From assembly GCA_965214405.1 (NCBI GenBank), contig OZ243956.1, forward strand, positions 576,001 to 640,000: a stretch of DNA of 64,000 nt, given 5' to 3'. The notes under the pieces are model-generated. The model did not search any database. It saw nothing but the letters and a program-made list of their open reading frames with translations, and had not been told where the DNA came from. The stretch is from Trueperaceae bacterium. GTDB taxonomy: Bacteria; Deinococcota; Deinococci; Deinococcales; Trueperaceae. Below, piece by piece: positions 48,708 to 58,981 of this stretch. The translations under genes were made by a program, and so were the position numbers. Within the stretch, counting starts at the first letter, position 1. Each line of letters opens with the position of its first letter.

Positions 48708-48962
48708 GGAGCAAAGGTAAAGGTGGAGTTTGTCAGCTTACCCATAAGGGGCTGAGGGGTTCAAAAACGGAAGAAGAGAGGATGAAAGACGCTCCCGTAT
48801 TCTTTTCTCCATTTTGTGCTCCGTGCTCACTGGTTCTTACGCGCGTCTTCGTCCCAAACCTTTATCCTTTATAAGGTAAGAACTCAGCCCAACCATACGT
48901 CACCATGAAAGGAGCTGAAGGTTAGCAAGGTTGAAGCAAATTTTGACCGCTAATCATCCCCT

Positions 48963-49778
48963 ATGGCACTCCCCGGTTACAAAGAACTCAAAGACCACAA
49001 AACGGTTCGCACCGCGCCCGTCCCCGACGACGAGGCGGTCGTCAGCGTGAAAGACTTCGGTCTCTGGTACGGCGACTTTCAGGCTTTGCACCACAACACC
49101 GTCAATTTTCCCAAAAACCAGGTCACCGCGCTTATCGGCGCGTCGGGCTGCGGCAAGTCGACCTTGCTGCGCTGCATCAACCGCATGAACGACCTTATCC
49201 CCTCGGTCAACGTCGAGGGCGAGGTGGTCTATGAGGGCGTGAGCCTCTACGAGCGCAACATCGACGCCGTCGAGGTGCGCCGCCGCATCGGCATGGTGTT
49301 CCAAAAACCCAACCCCTTTCCCAAAAGCATCTTCGACAACGTCGCTTTTTCCCCGCGCATCAACGGCTATAAGGGCGACGTCAAAGCGCTCGTAGAAAAG
49401 TCCTTGAAGGGCGCGGCGCTCTGGGACGAGGTCAAGGACAAGCTCAAAGCGCCGGGCTTGAGTCTTTCGGGCGGTCAGCAGCAGCGGCTTTGCATCGCGC
49501 GGGCGATGGCGCAAGAGCCCGACGTGATCCTGATGGACGAGCCCACCAGCGCGCTCGACCCCATCGCCACCGACCGCATCGAGCAGCTTATCAACGAGAT
49601 AAAAAAGGACTACACCGTGATTATCGTGACGCACAACATGCAGCAGGCGGGGCGCGTGGCGGACCGCACCGTCTACATGCACTTGGGCCACATCATCGAG
49701 GAGGGGCCGACCGACCAGATTTTCACCCACCCCAAGCACGACGTGACCGAGCGCTACATCTCGGGCCGCTTTGGCTAA
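48963..49778 (+). CDS. pstB: Phosphate ABC transporter ATPase
   Basis: [33 protein letters not shown] and YISGRFG motifs. Confidence 0.97.
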   Translation: MALPGYKELKDHKTVRTAPVPDDEAVVSVKDFGLWYGDFQALHHNTVNFPKNQVTALIGASGCGKSTLLRCINRMNDLIPSVNVEGEVVYEGVSLYERNIDAVEVRRRIGMVFQKPNPFPKSIFDNVAFSPRINGYKGDVKALVEKSLKGAALWDEVKDKLKAPGLSLSGGQQQRLCIARAMAQEPDVILMDEPTSALDPIATDRIEQLINEIKKDYTVIIVTHNMQQAGRVADRTVYMHLGHIIEEGPTDQIFTHPKHDVTERYISGRFG

Positions 49779-50643
49779 ACCCGTGCTCGGCCTGTCGCTC
49801 TCGCCGAGCTACTTAGCGGGTACTCCCATCTCGGAAGAGGCTGCGCTTTTGGAGAGCACCTACGGCGCGGCTAATGGGCTGCTCGAGCATCTCAAAAAGA
49901 AAGGCTTGGCGTCGGTCGAACTCCGCAAAGTTCACGAAAACACCCCGCCCAGCCTCGTCCTCGCCGCCGCGCGCCGGGTGTGGGCGGCGGGGCTAAGCGT
50001 CACCATCCACGGCACCACGCCCGAAGCGCCAGAAGGACACACCCTGGAAAGCTTTTTCCCAGCCCTCAACGGTTTCTGGGGCGCGTTTACCGAACATCAA
50101 CAGGATGTGGTGATGACGCTCCACGCTTACCGGGCGCGTTCGGGTGAGGTGGCTGGGCTCGCGGCGAAAACAGTCGAGCTTATAAAAAAAGTTATGGCGG
50201 ACGCGGACCGGCTTGGGCTGCCGCTCACCATCGCGCTAGAACTCAACCGCGCCAAAGACTGGGTGGACCCGAGCTATACCTATGAGGGGCTGTTAAGCAT
50301 GTGGCAAGAGATTGACCATCCGAGCGTCGGCTTCTGTTGGGATGTGGGTCACGCCTACCGCAACGTGACGGAGCAGGGGCTTGTGTTGGAGCCTCCGCAA
50401 AGGTTTTTAGAGCACACCATCCACACCCACATCCACGATTTGTCTCATACGGGCCAAACGCACTGGCCGCTGACCAAGGGCGTCATTCCTTTGGAGGTGT
50501 TCGTGGGTACGCTCGAGCGCGCCGGGTACACAGGTGTTTACAACCTCGAGCTGAGCCCCATACGCTTTTATCAGGCCGAGGGTGTGCGGGAGGGCGTTGA
50601 CGAAAGCATAGAGAGGTTGGCGCGGGTGCTGGACCGGGCTTAG
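49771..50643 (+). CDS. Sugar-phosphate isomerase/epimerase-like TIM-barrel protein
   Basis: ALE, CWDVGH, HTHIHD, HWP and NLE motifs. Confidence 0.75.
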   Translation: MAKPVLGLSLSPSYLAGTPISEEAALLESTYGAANGLLEHLKKKGLASVELRKVHENTPPSLVLAAARRVWAAGLSVTIHGTTPEAPEGHTLESFFPALNGFWGAFTEHQQDVVMTLHAYRARSGEVAGLAAKTVELIKKVMADADRLGLPLTIALELNRAKDWVDPSYTYEGLLSMWQEIDHPSVGFCWDVGHAYRNVTEQGLVLEPPQRFLEHTIHTHIHDLSHTGQTHWPLTKGVIPLEVFVGTLERAGYTGVYNLELSPIRFYQAEGVREGVDESIERLARVLDRA

Positions 50644-50869
50644 AGACGAGCCCAAGCTCATACGCCGCTGTAAAGTTTTTCACGCTTTCTTCTGTTGTAA
50701 ACTCCCTGCGAACCTGCCAGCCAGACCCGAACATGGAGGTAGCAGTTCCACCCTACACTGAGACAATCAGCCGCAGATATCATCTTAGAGAGTAAGTCAT
50801 AGACAGCGCTTCCTTCACTAGGCTCTTCTCAAACCAGGGTGCTGCCTGCTAAGGATAGAGGAGAAAGGT

Positions 50870-51617
50870 TCGCGTATCGCTATCACGCTCGAGTCGGACC
50901 GCCCCTTGGTTCTGCCCGTTCACTACAACGCACTTTTGCAGGAGCTCGTTTACCGTCAGCTCGAGCCCGACCTAGCCGCGTGGCTCCACGAAGAGGCGTA
51001 CCCCTTTGAGGGGCGCAAGTTCACCATGTTTACCTTCTCGCGGCTCTCCGGGCGCTTCACCCTCGACCAGAAGAGTAAGCATCACCTTTAGTGGCCCCGT
51101 CTCGTTCTCTCTCGCCTCGTACAACAACGTGCTCGCGTCTTTGGCCCAACACCTGCTCGAAAATCAGCGGCTGCGTTTGGGCAATAACGAGGTCGAGGTG
51201 CGCGGCGTCGAAATCTTGAAACCGCCTCGGGTAGACGCCGACAAGCCGGTGCGCGTCACCGCCCTCTCCCCCATCACCATCCTCAGCACCTTTAGCAAGC
51301 CAGACGGCGGGAAGGTGACACACTATTATGAACCCTTTGAAAGGGGCTGGAGCGAGATGCTCGCGCAGAACTTGGCGCGCAAGGCCAAGGCGCTGGGGTG
51401 GGAAGTGGACGCTTTTGACGCGCTCCAGGGCGCGTATATCAAACCCCTCAAAGTGAGCCGCCGGGACCGCAAGCTCGTGAGTTATAGAGGGTTTGTGATG
51501 CAGGCGTGGTTGGGGGTGTATGAGTTGGGGCTGCCGCAGGGGTTTATTGAGTTGGCCTACGACGTGGGGTTGGGGGCGAGGAACGCGCAGGGGTTTGGGA
51601 TGGTGGAGGTTGTTTAA
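50870..51617 (+). pseudogene. cas6: CRISPR-associated endoribonuclease Cas6, frameshifted
   Basis: LPVHYN...LQ, FTMFTFSRL, LSPI and C-terminal GLGARNAQGFG G-loop; frameshift near 51078-51082; TCG where a start codon is expected after the GAGGAG RBS. Confidence 0.88.
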
Positions 51618-51757
51618 CAGATTTAGGAATCGGCTCTAGAGGGTGTTTGAAAATGTTTTTGCCTCCCCCTTAATAGCAGCCCTGAGCCAGAGGTATCATC
51701 TTTGATAACGGGCGGCCTGAGTTCATAACCGCTTCGCTCTTGTGGCTCAGGGCTGTT

Positions 51758-51851
51758 CAAGGGGGACTGAGGGGGGATCTGCTTTTGTGACAACCTCTGC
51801 AGCGCGTCTCGCTGAAGCAAATCCCCCAAACCCCCTTGTTAAGGGGGCTTT
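51758..51851. repeat. REP-like inverted G/C-tract pair
   Basis: AAGGGGGACTGAGGGGGGAT facing ATCCCCCAAACCCCCTTGTTAAGGGGG. Confidence 0.5.
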
Positions 51852-51929
51852 ATTGGACTCGAGCTGACATCTTAAACACTCCCTAGCTTGTCGATGTGCA
51901 AGCTAAGCAAGATATGATATATTTCTTTC

Positions 51930-52190
51930 ATGACTACGACCTTACGCATTGATGACGAGTTATACCGAGAAGCCAAAGCCGCCGCCGCCAGTGAAGGCAT
52001 CACCCTGACACGCTTTATTGAAGAAGGATTAAAACTGAGGATGTCTTCCCCCGCTTTACAGCCCCAGACCGAGGTTGTTTTTCGTACCTTTAACAGCGGA
52101 AAACCCTTTAATATGAGCCCCGAAGACATTAAGAAGCGTTTAGCCGACATAGACGCAGTTTCGGACGCGAAGACGCTGTCAGACGGCTAA
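51930..52190 (+). CDS. VapB-like ribbon-helix-helix antitoxin
   Basis: TTLRIDDELYREAKAAAASEGITLTRFIEEGL. Confidence 0.85.
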   Translation: MTTTLRIDDELYREAKAAAASEGITLTRFIEEGLKLRMSSPALQPQTEVVFRTFNSGKPFNMSPEDIKKRLADIDAVSDAKTLSDG

Positions 52191-52192
52191 GT

Positions 52193-52621
52193 GTGTACTT
52201 GCTCGATGCCAACTTCCTCATCTACACCTTCCGCGAAGACTCTCCTTTTCACCCCGTTTGTCGTGCCTGGCTCACCCAAACCCTGACGCGCGGCTATACC
52301 GTGCTCGCCCCTCCCATTGTTGAGGTGGCGCTCGTCAGAATCAACACCCTGCCGTCACTCGGGGAGCGCGCCGCGCCGCTCGAGGACGTTTTCGCGTTTT
52401 TAGAAGATTTGCACAAGCTGCCCATCTACCTGCACGCTCCTTCAAACAAAGTCGTGACCCACCTCTGGAAAGCGCTGTGCGAGAGCTACGCGTTAGGAGG
52501 CAATGATGTGAACGACGCCTACCTTGTGGCGCTGGCGCTCGAGCACGGTGCGACGCTGGTGAGTGCGGACAAGGGGTTTGGTAGGTTTGGGGAGCTTAGT
52601 TGGTTCGACCCAACGGAGTGA
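52193..52621 (+). CDS. VapC PIN-domain toxin
   Basis: LLDANFLIY, E, VNDAYLVALA and SADKGFGRF motifs. Confidence 0.9.
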   Translation: MYLLDANFLIYTFREDSPFHPVCRAWLTQTLTRGYTVLAPPIVEVALVRINTLPSLGERAAPLEDVFAFLEDLHKLPIYLHAPSNKVVTHLWKALCESYALGGNDVNDAYLVALALEHGATLVSADKGFGRFGELSWFDPTE

Positions 52622-52799
52622 AAAGTTACGCATATTGGTGTAATGGAACTAGCTGTGCGAGAAGATAGGTAGCTGAGGTCTATGAAGTTAACGAGAGGGT
52701 CTGGTGAGTTGGCGTGACGTAGATTTGGGGGCGGGGAAGGCGCGGAGGTTTGGGATGACAGAAGTATGCCAGAATACGAAATAGGTATCGAAACCTTTG

Positions 52800-52897
52800 G
52801 TTGCGTTAGCTTTTTTGTGAGGAATTGAAACTGTTTGGCGCAGAACTCTCTGGTGACCCTGGCCACGGTTGATAGCTTTCCTATGAGGAATTGAAAC
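52800..52897 (+). CRISPR. Mini CRISPR array: two type I-B-like repeats and one 36-bp spacer
   Basis: Degenerate repeat GTTGCGTTAGCTTTTTTGTGAGGAATTGAAAC (52800-52831), spacer 52832-52867, repeat GTTGATAGCTTTCCTATGAGGAATTGAAAC (52868-52897). Confidence 0.82.
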
Positions 52898-52991
52898 TGC
52901 AAATGTCGTGGACATGAATTTGCAGCCTCACAGCCAAGTAGGTTGTGCCGCTACCAGGTCTTAGACTCTACCGAACATCATTAAATGCACG

Positions 52992-54812
52992 TTAGGCCAA
53001 CGCCGCCGGGTCATAGTCCGGCGACTGATGTCGGAAGTAGGTGTTGTAAAGCTCCGCGTAGTGCCCGCCCTCCTCCAAAAGCCCCTCGTGCGTGCCCTCT
53101 TCAATTACCTCCCCTTCGCTAAGGACGATGATGCGGTCTGCGGTGCGGATGGTGGACAGCCTGTGCGCGATGACGATGGCGGTGCGCTCGCGCAAGACGA
53201 CCTCGAGCCCCTCCTGAATCTGCGCCTCGGTGAGGGGGTCCACGCTGGCGGTGGCCTCGTCAAGAATCAAGATGCGCGGGTCCTGGAGGAGCACTCGAGA
53301 GAGAACCACGAGTTGACGCTGGCCCATTGATAAGCCCCGGCCCGCCTCGCCCACGTCGGTGTCGAGACCGTTGGGGAGGGACTCGAGCCAGTCCCCCCCG
53401 CCGACGCGCGCCGCCACGCGCAAGACCGCCTCGTCGGTCGCGTCCGGGGAGCCGTAGCGGACGTTGTCGCGGACCGTCCCGTTGAACAAAAAGGGCGTCT
53501 GCTGGACGATACCCAAATGACGGCGGTAGGCGGAGAGGTCGAGCGCGCGGACGCTGTGCCCGTCAATCAGCAGGTCGCCCCCCTGAAACTCGTAAAAACG
53601 CGCGACGAGCTTGCCCAGGCTCGACTTGCCCGCGCCCGTGTGACCCACCAGGGCGACGGTCTCCCCTGCCCGAATCGTCAGGTCGAAGTCGCGCAGGACT
53701 TGTTCTTGGGCCGTGTAGCGAAAACCAACACCGCGAAATTCGATGCGCCCGCGCAGGTTGGGCAGGTCCTGGTTATCCGTTTGCACCACCCGCGGCTCGG
53801 CGTCGACGAGCGCGAAAACGCGTTCGGAGGCGGCGAGGCCGAGTTGGAACTGGCTCCAGAACGAGGCGATGCTGGTCAGCGGAAAAAGAAAAAGCGCGAG
53901 GCTCTGGACGAACAAGTACCACTCGCCGGGGGTGAGCGCGCCGCCCAGCACGCCCCGCCCGCCGAAGTAGAGGACGAGCGCGGTGCCGACGCCCCCGAGC
54001 GCGCCGAGCACGGGGAAAATGGCGCTAAAAACGAGACCCTGGCGCAAGTTGAGCGCGTAGGACTGCGCGTTGACCTCGCCAAATTCGCGGTAGATGGTGC
54101 CCTCTTGCCGGAACGCCTTGGCGACGCCGATGCCCGTGACCGACTCCTGGACGGTCTGGTTCACCTGCGCGAGCACGCGCCGCGCCCCCTGGCTCGTGCG
54201 GCGCGCGACGCGGCGAAAGGCGAGCGCCGCCGCCACGATAAAGGGCGCGATGATGAGGACAATCAGCGTCAGCCGCACGTCGATAAAGAAGAGAATGCCA
54301 ACGATGATGACCACCTGCAAAACTTGGCTCATCAGGTTTAGCGTCAGCGTGACGACGGTGGAAAAGTCTTGCGTGTCCGAGGTCACACGGCTCACGACCT
54401 TGCCCGTCGAATACTCGTCGTAAAAGGACATGTCGCGCTCTAAAACCGCGTCAAAGGCGTCTTTGCGGAGGTTCAAGACGACGTTGCCGACCGCCCTGGC
54501 GGTGTAGCGCTGCCGAAAAAAGTTAAAGGTCCAGGACAGCACGCCCGCCGCGAGCACGGCGACGAGCAGCCACATGGTGCGGCCCCAGAGGCTCGAGTCG
54601 CCCACGTTGGGCGCACCCAACGCGTCGATGCCGCGCGAGATAAGAACCGGCAGCGCGGCGTCCATCGCCGCGTTCAGAAAAACCATCAAGGCAACAAACA
54701 CCATCACCCCCGCGAAGGGCCGGAAGTAGGAGAGGATGCGGCGCAAGAGTTGCCCGTCCGAGTAGGTGCGGTCGTAAGCCTCGCCGCCGAGGCCGTCCAT
54801 TACAAAGCCCAT
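52992..54812 (-). CDS. ABC exporter, fused permease/ATPase
   Basis: GHTGAGKS, LSMGQRQ and LDEATASVD motifs; TM domain. Confidence 0.94.
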   Translation of the reverse strand: MGFVMDGLGGEAYDRTYSDGQLLRRILSYFRPFAGVMVFVALMVFLNAAMDAALPVLISRGIDALGAPNVGDSSLWGRTMWLLVAVLAAGVLSWTFNFFRQRYTARAVGNVVLNLRKDAFDAVLERDMSFYDEYSTGKVVSRVTSDTQDFSTVVTLTLNLMSQVLQVVIIVGILFFIDVRLTLIVLIIAPFIVAAALAFRRVARRTSQGARRVLAQVNQTVQESVTGIGVAKAFRQEGTIYREFGEVNAQSYALNLRQGLVFSAIFPVLGALGGVGTALVLYFGGRGVLGGALTPGEWYLFVQSLALFLFPLTSIASFWSQFQLGLAASERVFALVDAEPRVVQTDNQDLPNLRGRIEFRGVGFRYTAQEQVLRDFDLTIRAGETVALVGHTGAGKSSLGKLVARFYEFQGGDLLIDGHSVRALDLSAYRRHLGIVQQTPFLFNGTVRDNVRYGSPDATDEAVLRVAARVGGGDWLESLPNGLDTDVGEAGRGLSMGQRQLVVLSRVLLQDPRILILDEATASVDPLTEAQIQEGLEVVLRERTAIVIAHRLSTIRTADRIIVLSEGEVIEEGTHEGLLEEGGHYAELYNTYFRHQSPDYDPAALA

Positions 54813-54815
54813 AAG

Positions 54816-56609
54816 TCAATCCTCATAACGTGAGAAAATCCGGCGGTAGAGCGCGCAGCGTCCCAAAAGCTCCTCGTGCGTGCCCTTGTCGATGAGCGCC
54901 CCCTGGTGGAGCACCAAGATGGTGTCGGCGCGGCGGATTTGCGAGAGGCGGTGGGTGATCATCAGGGTGGTGCGGCCCTCCAACACGCGGTTGATGGCGC
55001 TCTGAATCTCGTCCTCGGTCGCGCTGTCGACCGCGCTGGTGGCGTCGTCTAAGATGAGAATGCGGGGGTCGGTGAGGAGCGCCCTCGCAATCGCCAGCCG
55101 CTGCCGCTGCCCGCCCGAGAGCGTCGCGCCGCGCTCGCCGATGATGGTGTCGTAGCCCTCAAGAAAATGACGGATAAAGCCGTCCGCCTGCGCGGCCTTG
55201 GCGGCCTCCACCACCGCCCCCCGGTCCGCCTCACCAAGCCCAAACGCGATATTGTCCGCGACAGAGCGCGAGAAGAGAAACACGTCTTGCTCGATGACCG
55301 AGACCTGCGAGCGCAGCGAGGAGAGGTTCCAGTCGCGCACGTCCACCCCGTCGACCAGGATGCGCCCCTTCGAAACGTCGTAGACGCGGTTGACAAGCTT
55401 CGTCAGCGTCGACTTGCCCGAGCCCGTCTGCCCGACGATGGCGACGGTTTCGCCTGGCTTGGCGGTAAAGGTGATGTCGCGCAGAATGAGGTCACCCTCG
55501 CCTCCGCCGTAACCAAAAGACACGTTCTCAAAAACAATCACACCCTCGACGGGCGCTGTGTGACCGCCCGCGTTCTCATCCAACTCGGTTTCCTGGCGCA
55601 TGAGTTCTAAAATCCGCTCCGCGCCCGCGAAGCCGAGTTGCACGAGCGAAAAGGTGAAGACCGAGATAAAGGCGGGAAACTGGAGCACCCCGACGAGGCC
55701 CATGTAGGCGACCAAATCCCCCACCGAGAGCGCGCCCCTCGAGAGCAGCAGAAGCCCGTGCGCAAAACTTCCCGCCAGGGCTACGCTAAAGAGCAAAATG
55801 GGTAAATAGCGCGCCTGCACCTCGCCCTGCTCGACAAAGCGGTCACGGTAGCGCGAGGCGTTCTGGACGAATCTCCCGCGCTCCCCCGCCTCTTGCACCG
55901 CCGACTTGACCACCTCGATGCCGGTGACCGTCTCGTTGAGCCCGGCGTTAAGGTCGCCAAAGCTTCTGCGTATCGCGCCCGACACGGGGTTTAGGCGCCG
56001 CATATAGTCGCGCAGCGCGAAGCCGAACGCGACCACGAAGAGTAGGGGCGCGAGGAGCAACACGGGGTCGATAAACGCGATAAACACGAGCGGCGTGATG
56101 ATGCCCGTAATCGATTCGGTAATGAGCGACACGCCGGGGTTCATCATCGGGTTGAGCTGGCGCACGTCGTTGGCGGCTCGAGCCATGATGTCGCCCACGC
56201 GCTGGCGGTTGTGGAAGGTTTGACTTTTGCCCAGCAGGCTCAAGTAGAGTTCGTCTCGAGCGTCGCGCTCTAGCCGCTGCCCCAGCGTCTCGACCGAAAA
56301 CGAGCTGAGGAGGTCGAGCACCCCGCGCACCACCGCGATGCCGAGCACCGCGAGCGCGATGAGCGCCAAACGCCGCGCGCTCGGCTGGGCCTTGAGCACC
56401 TCGTCAAACGCCACCCCGGTGAGTCGCGGCACGGCGGAAAAAAGGACGTTGGTGAGGAGGCCCGTCACCAGAAACCCGGTGATAAAACCTTTGTAACGCG
56501 CTAGGTGCGAGAGAATCCAGCGTAGGGGGCTCGAGCGGTCATAGACGTGCGCGCCGGATACGGTGAATTCGCCCTTGGACGGGTTGACGGGAAGGGATTG
56601 AACAGCCAT
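54816..56609 (-). CDS. ABC exporter, fused permease/ATPase (heterodimer partner)
   Basis: GQTGSGKS, LSGGQRQR and degenerate Walker B LDDATS. Confidence 0.94.
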   Translation of the reverse strand: MAVQSLPVNPSKGEFTVSGAHVYDRSSPLRWILSHLARYKGFITGFLVTGLLTNVLFSAVPRLTGVAFDEVLKAQPSARRLALIALAVLGIAVVRGVLDLLSSFSVETLGQRLERDARDELYLSLLGKSQTFHNRQRVGDIMARAANDVRQLNPMMNPGVSLITESITGIITPLVFIAFIDPVLLLAPLLFVVAFGFALRDYMRRLNPVSGAIRRSFGDLNAGLNETVTGIEVVKSAVQEAGERGRFVQNASRYRDRFVEQGEVQARYLPILLFSVALAGSFAHGLLLLSRGALSVGDLVAYMGLVGVLQFPAFISVFTFSLVQLGFAGAERILELMRQETELDENAGGHTAPVEGVIVFENVSFGYGGGEGDLILRDITFTAKPGETVAIVGQTGSGKSTLTKLVNRVYDVSKGRILVDGVDVRDWNLSSLRSQVSVIEQDVFLFSRSVADNIAFGLGEADRGAVVEAAKAAQADGFIRHFLEGYDTIIGERGATLSGGQRQRLAIARALLTDPRILILDDATSAVDSATEDEIQSAINRVLEGRTTLMITHRLSQIRRADTILVLHQGALIDKGTHEELLGRCALYRRIFSRYED

Positions 56610-56874
56610 AATCACCTGCTTTGGTGCGTTCGGATATGAGAAGGCAAGATGAGGGCGTGATTTTTCGGCCCCACGTGCGGATTTGTATGGGCAGTTATAA
56701 ATGTAATGGTGACGGGTGAGGCTCGAGGCTTAGGGCGTCACAAGGCGCAGCGTCCTAACTAACGCTGCGACAGCCACAGGTTGGGGCGGGGCTCCTACTT
56801 ACGTCATCGTATGCGACCCTTCCAAGGTGTGTCAAGATGACAACTCCTGACACCTCTTTAATAGCCGCACAGGG

Positions 56875-57597
56875 CTAAGCACCCCTATTTATGTAAGCGT
56901 CTCCTATCAGTACCGGAACCGCCGCGCTGACGCCAAAGGCTGCCGCGAGTTCTACATCCCTTTCAAAACCGCGTGAGGTGAGTTCTCTTCCGGAGGCGCA
57001 AGTTTTCAAGGTTTGCTCGAGGTCCGCCAAGCTCTCAAACGCAGCCTTGGCCGCGGCTGCTTCGGGGGATAACGCGCGGTCCAAAAGGCTAATGAGCGCG
57101 CCCGCGCCCAGGAGGTCCTCGAGCGCAACCCGCAAGCCCCCATCCTCCCAACGTTCTCCTGCGGGAACAACCGTGACGGTGGCGAAATGCTCACGCACGT
57201 ACCTTGCCACGGCGGGGGCGTTTCGCAAACACGCGCTGAGGACAGTGCTGCGTCCGGAAGCGAGGCGGGTCAGACTCGAGCCGTTGGGTGAGGGTAAGAC
57301 TAAGCGCGGCCCCGCCGGGAGGGTTTGCAAGGAGGCGGGAGAGAGGGAAAAGCCCTCGCCGCCACGTTTAACCGCAAGCAGCGCCCCCTTCTCAGCAGCG
57401 TAAAGGGCGGCGGTCGCGTCTCGCCACGCGTAGGGGAAAAGGAGCGCGCCGCAGGCGCTGGCGACGTCCACGCAGGTTGAAAAGGAGAGAACGTCAACTA
57501 TCACCACCGCGTCGGTGTTGGGGGCAAGGTGGGTGAGGGCGTTTGCGGCCCACTCGAGCCTCACCTCATAGTCAGTTTGGCTATAAACTTCGGTCAC
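56875..57597 (-). CDS. 2-phosphosulfolactate phosphatase (ComB)-like protein
   Basis: VIVDVLSFST, SLSP, SPNGS, CLRNA and EDLLGAG motifs. Confidence 0.82.
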   Translation of the reverse strand: MTEVYSQTDYEVRLEWAANALTHLAPNTDAVVIVDVLSFSTCVDVASACGALLFPYAWRDATAALYAAEKGALLAVKRGGEGFSLSPASLQTLPAGPRLVLPSPNGSSLTRLASGRSTVLSACLRNAPAVARYVREHFATVTVVPAGERWEDGGLRVALEDLLGAGALISLLDRALSPEAAAAKAAFESLADLEQTLKTCASGRELTSRGFERDVELAAAFGVSAAVPVLIGDAYINRGA

Positions 57598-57601
57598 AGG
57601 G

Positions 57602-57841
57602 TTAAAGGGACGCGCCAACAACGATCAGAACGATGCCAATCACGACCAGCGCCAGCCAGGTGGGCGCTTGGGTGAGCGCCTTGAGAAGTTCGGTGAGGGC
57701 TTTGATAAAGTCCGTGGGCGGCGGAGCGGCTTGTACACGCGGTTTAGCGCGTTCGCGGAAGAGTTGCGCCACGCCTCCGGCGAGTCCGGCGACGAGCGTG
57801 AGGATGCCCAAAATGACGAGCGCGAGACCGGCGAAGTTCAC
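57602..57841 (-). CDS. Small two-TM membrane protein
   Basis: 79 aa with two hydrophobic segments, tightly packed in the gene string. Confidence 0.65.
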   Translation of the reverse strand: MNFAGLALVILGILTLVAGLAGGVAQLFRERAKPRVQAAPPPTDFIKALTELLKALTQAPTWLALVVIGIVLIVVGASL

Positions 57842-57844
57842 CCT

Positions 57845-58336
57845 TTAGGTCTTCTCTGCGACTTCACCGGCATCCTCACCCGTGTCCTCACCTATGTCCT
57901 CAGCCCACACGTCGGGATGCTCGAGGATAAACCTTTGGAGCAGGGTTCTACACGCTTGTGAGTCCAAATCCACGACCTCCACGCCGTTTTCGCGCAGCCA
58001 GTCTATTCCGCCCCCGAATGTTGCCGACTCGCCCACCACCACCGTGCCGATGCCGAACTGGCGCACCAGACCGCTACAGTACCAGCAGGGAGCCAGCGTC
58101 GTGACCATGACCGTGTCGCGGTACGAGCGCCTGCGGCCCGCCTGGCGAAACGCGTCCGTTTCGGCGTGAATGGAGGGGCCGCCCGACTGCACGCGGCGGT
58201 TGTGACCGCGCCCGAGGAGCGCGCCGTCACGAGAAAAGAGCGCCGCGCCGATGGGCACGCCGCCCTCGGAGCGCCCCGCCTCGGCTTCGGCGAGGGCGAC
58301 CTCCAACATGCTTTCATAATCGGGATTTTGGCTCAC
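57845..58336 (-). CDS. Nucleoside/cytosine deaminase (yeast Fcy1-like)
   Basis: GGVPIG, GHNRRVQ, HAE, PCWYC and WAEDIG motifs; GGAGG RBS before GTG 58336. Confidence 0.9.
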   Translation of the reverse strand: MSQNPDYESMLEVALAEAEAGRSEGGVPIGAALFSRDGALLGRGHNRRVQSGGPSIHAETDAFRQAGRRRSYRDTVMVTTLAPCWYCSGLVRQFGIGTVVVGESATFGGGIDWLRENGVEVVDLDSQACRTLLQRFILEHPDVWAEDIGEDTGEDAGEVAEKT

Positions 58337-58386
58337 GGTCGGCCTCCACAGAGGGTGTGGGCAGTGTAGCATCACGCGCTGTTCCG

Positions 58387-58902
58387 TCAAGCACAGCAGG
58401 GGGAGCTCGAGGGGCCGCAGCAGCCAGCGTCTGAAGCGTTGATAACGCTCAAAGCCTGCATTTTAGACGTCTCGAGCGCCCGGTCTCGAGCCTTGCAGGT
58501 TACGTGGGGGGACCTAAGCCTCACCACCACCTCTCCCGCCCCCACGTCGATACCCTCAACATGGTAAGCAACAGCGGGCGCACCCGCGTCGCCGTACTCC
58601 ACGCGCACGTCGGCGGTTTCTGTGACGGGCACATTGGCGGTCACGCGCTCGAGGATATTTAAGAACTTCTGCGCGCTCATGAAGGTATCTTCCGCGCCCT
58701 CCGGCACCCAAAGTTGAACCACGGTCTCCGCCCACGCGTCCTCCTGAGCGCCGCAGTCCACCGCCCGAATATTCACCGCCCTCACCTCGGTCACGTGATA
58801 GCCCGCGCCGATGCGGACGCCTTTACCGTCCGCGCGGCGTTCGAAAATGAGCGCTCTGTCGGCAGCAGCTTCTAGTGTGGTAACAAACGTTTGGTGATTC
58901 AT
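58387..58902 (-). CDS. DUF6428-like protein with a Cys-rich tail
   Basis: YHVTEV, VDCG, ETVVQLW, VEY, TCKA and C-terminal CCGPSSSPCC. Confidence 0.72.
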   Translation of the reverse strand: MNHQTFVTTLEAAADRALIFERRADGKGVRIGAGYHVTEVRAVNIRAVDCGAQEDAWAETVVQLWVPEGAEDTFMSAQKFLNILERVTANVPVTETADVRVEYGDAGAPAVAYHVEGIDVGAGEVVVRLRSPHVTCKARDRALETSKMQALSVINASDAGCCGPSSSPCCA

Positions 58903-58981
58903 GGAGCCTCCTAAAGAAATAGATTGAGAGTTATCAATATGTTTGGCGAGGGCGGTGCTTTCTTTCGAAAAAGAGATGATA

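Noticed and set aside
48954..49739. 261-aa ORF on the - strand
   Set aside because: Antisense shadow of pstB.
52832..52867. Self-targeting by the CRISPR spacer
   Set aside because: Only 7-9 nt matches found by eye (CCAGGGT near 50834, TGTTTGGCG near 58940), which is expected by chance.
56620..56810. Attenuator or riboswitch in the ABC exporter leader
   Set aside because: Only one hairpin (CGCAGCGT/ACGCTGCG) with no U-tract, leader peptide or recognisable aptamer.
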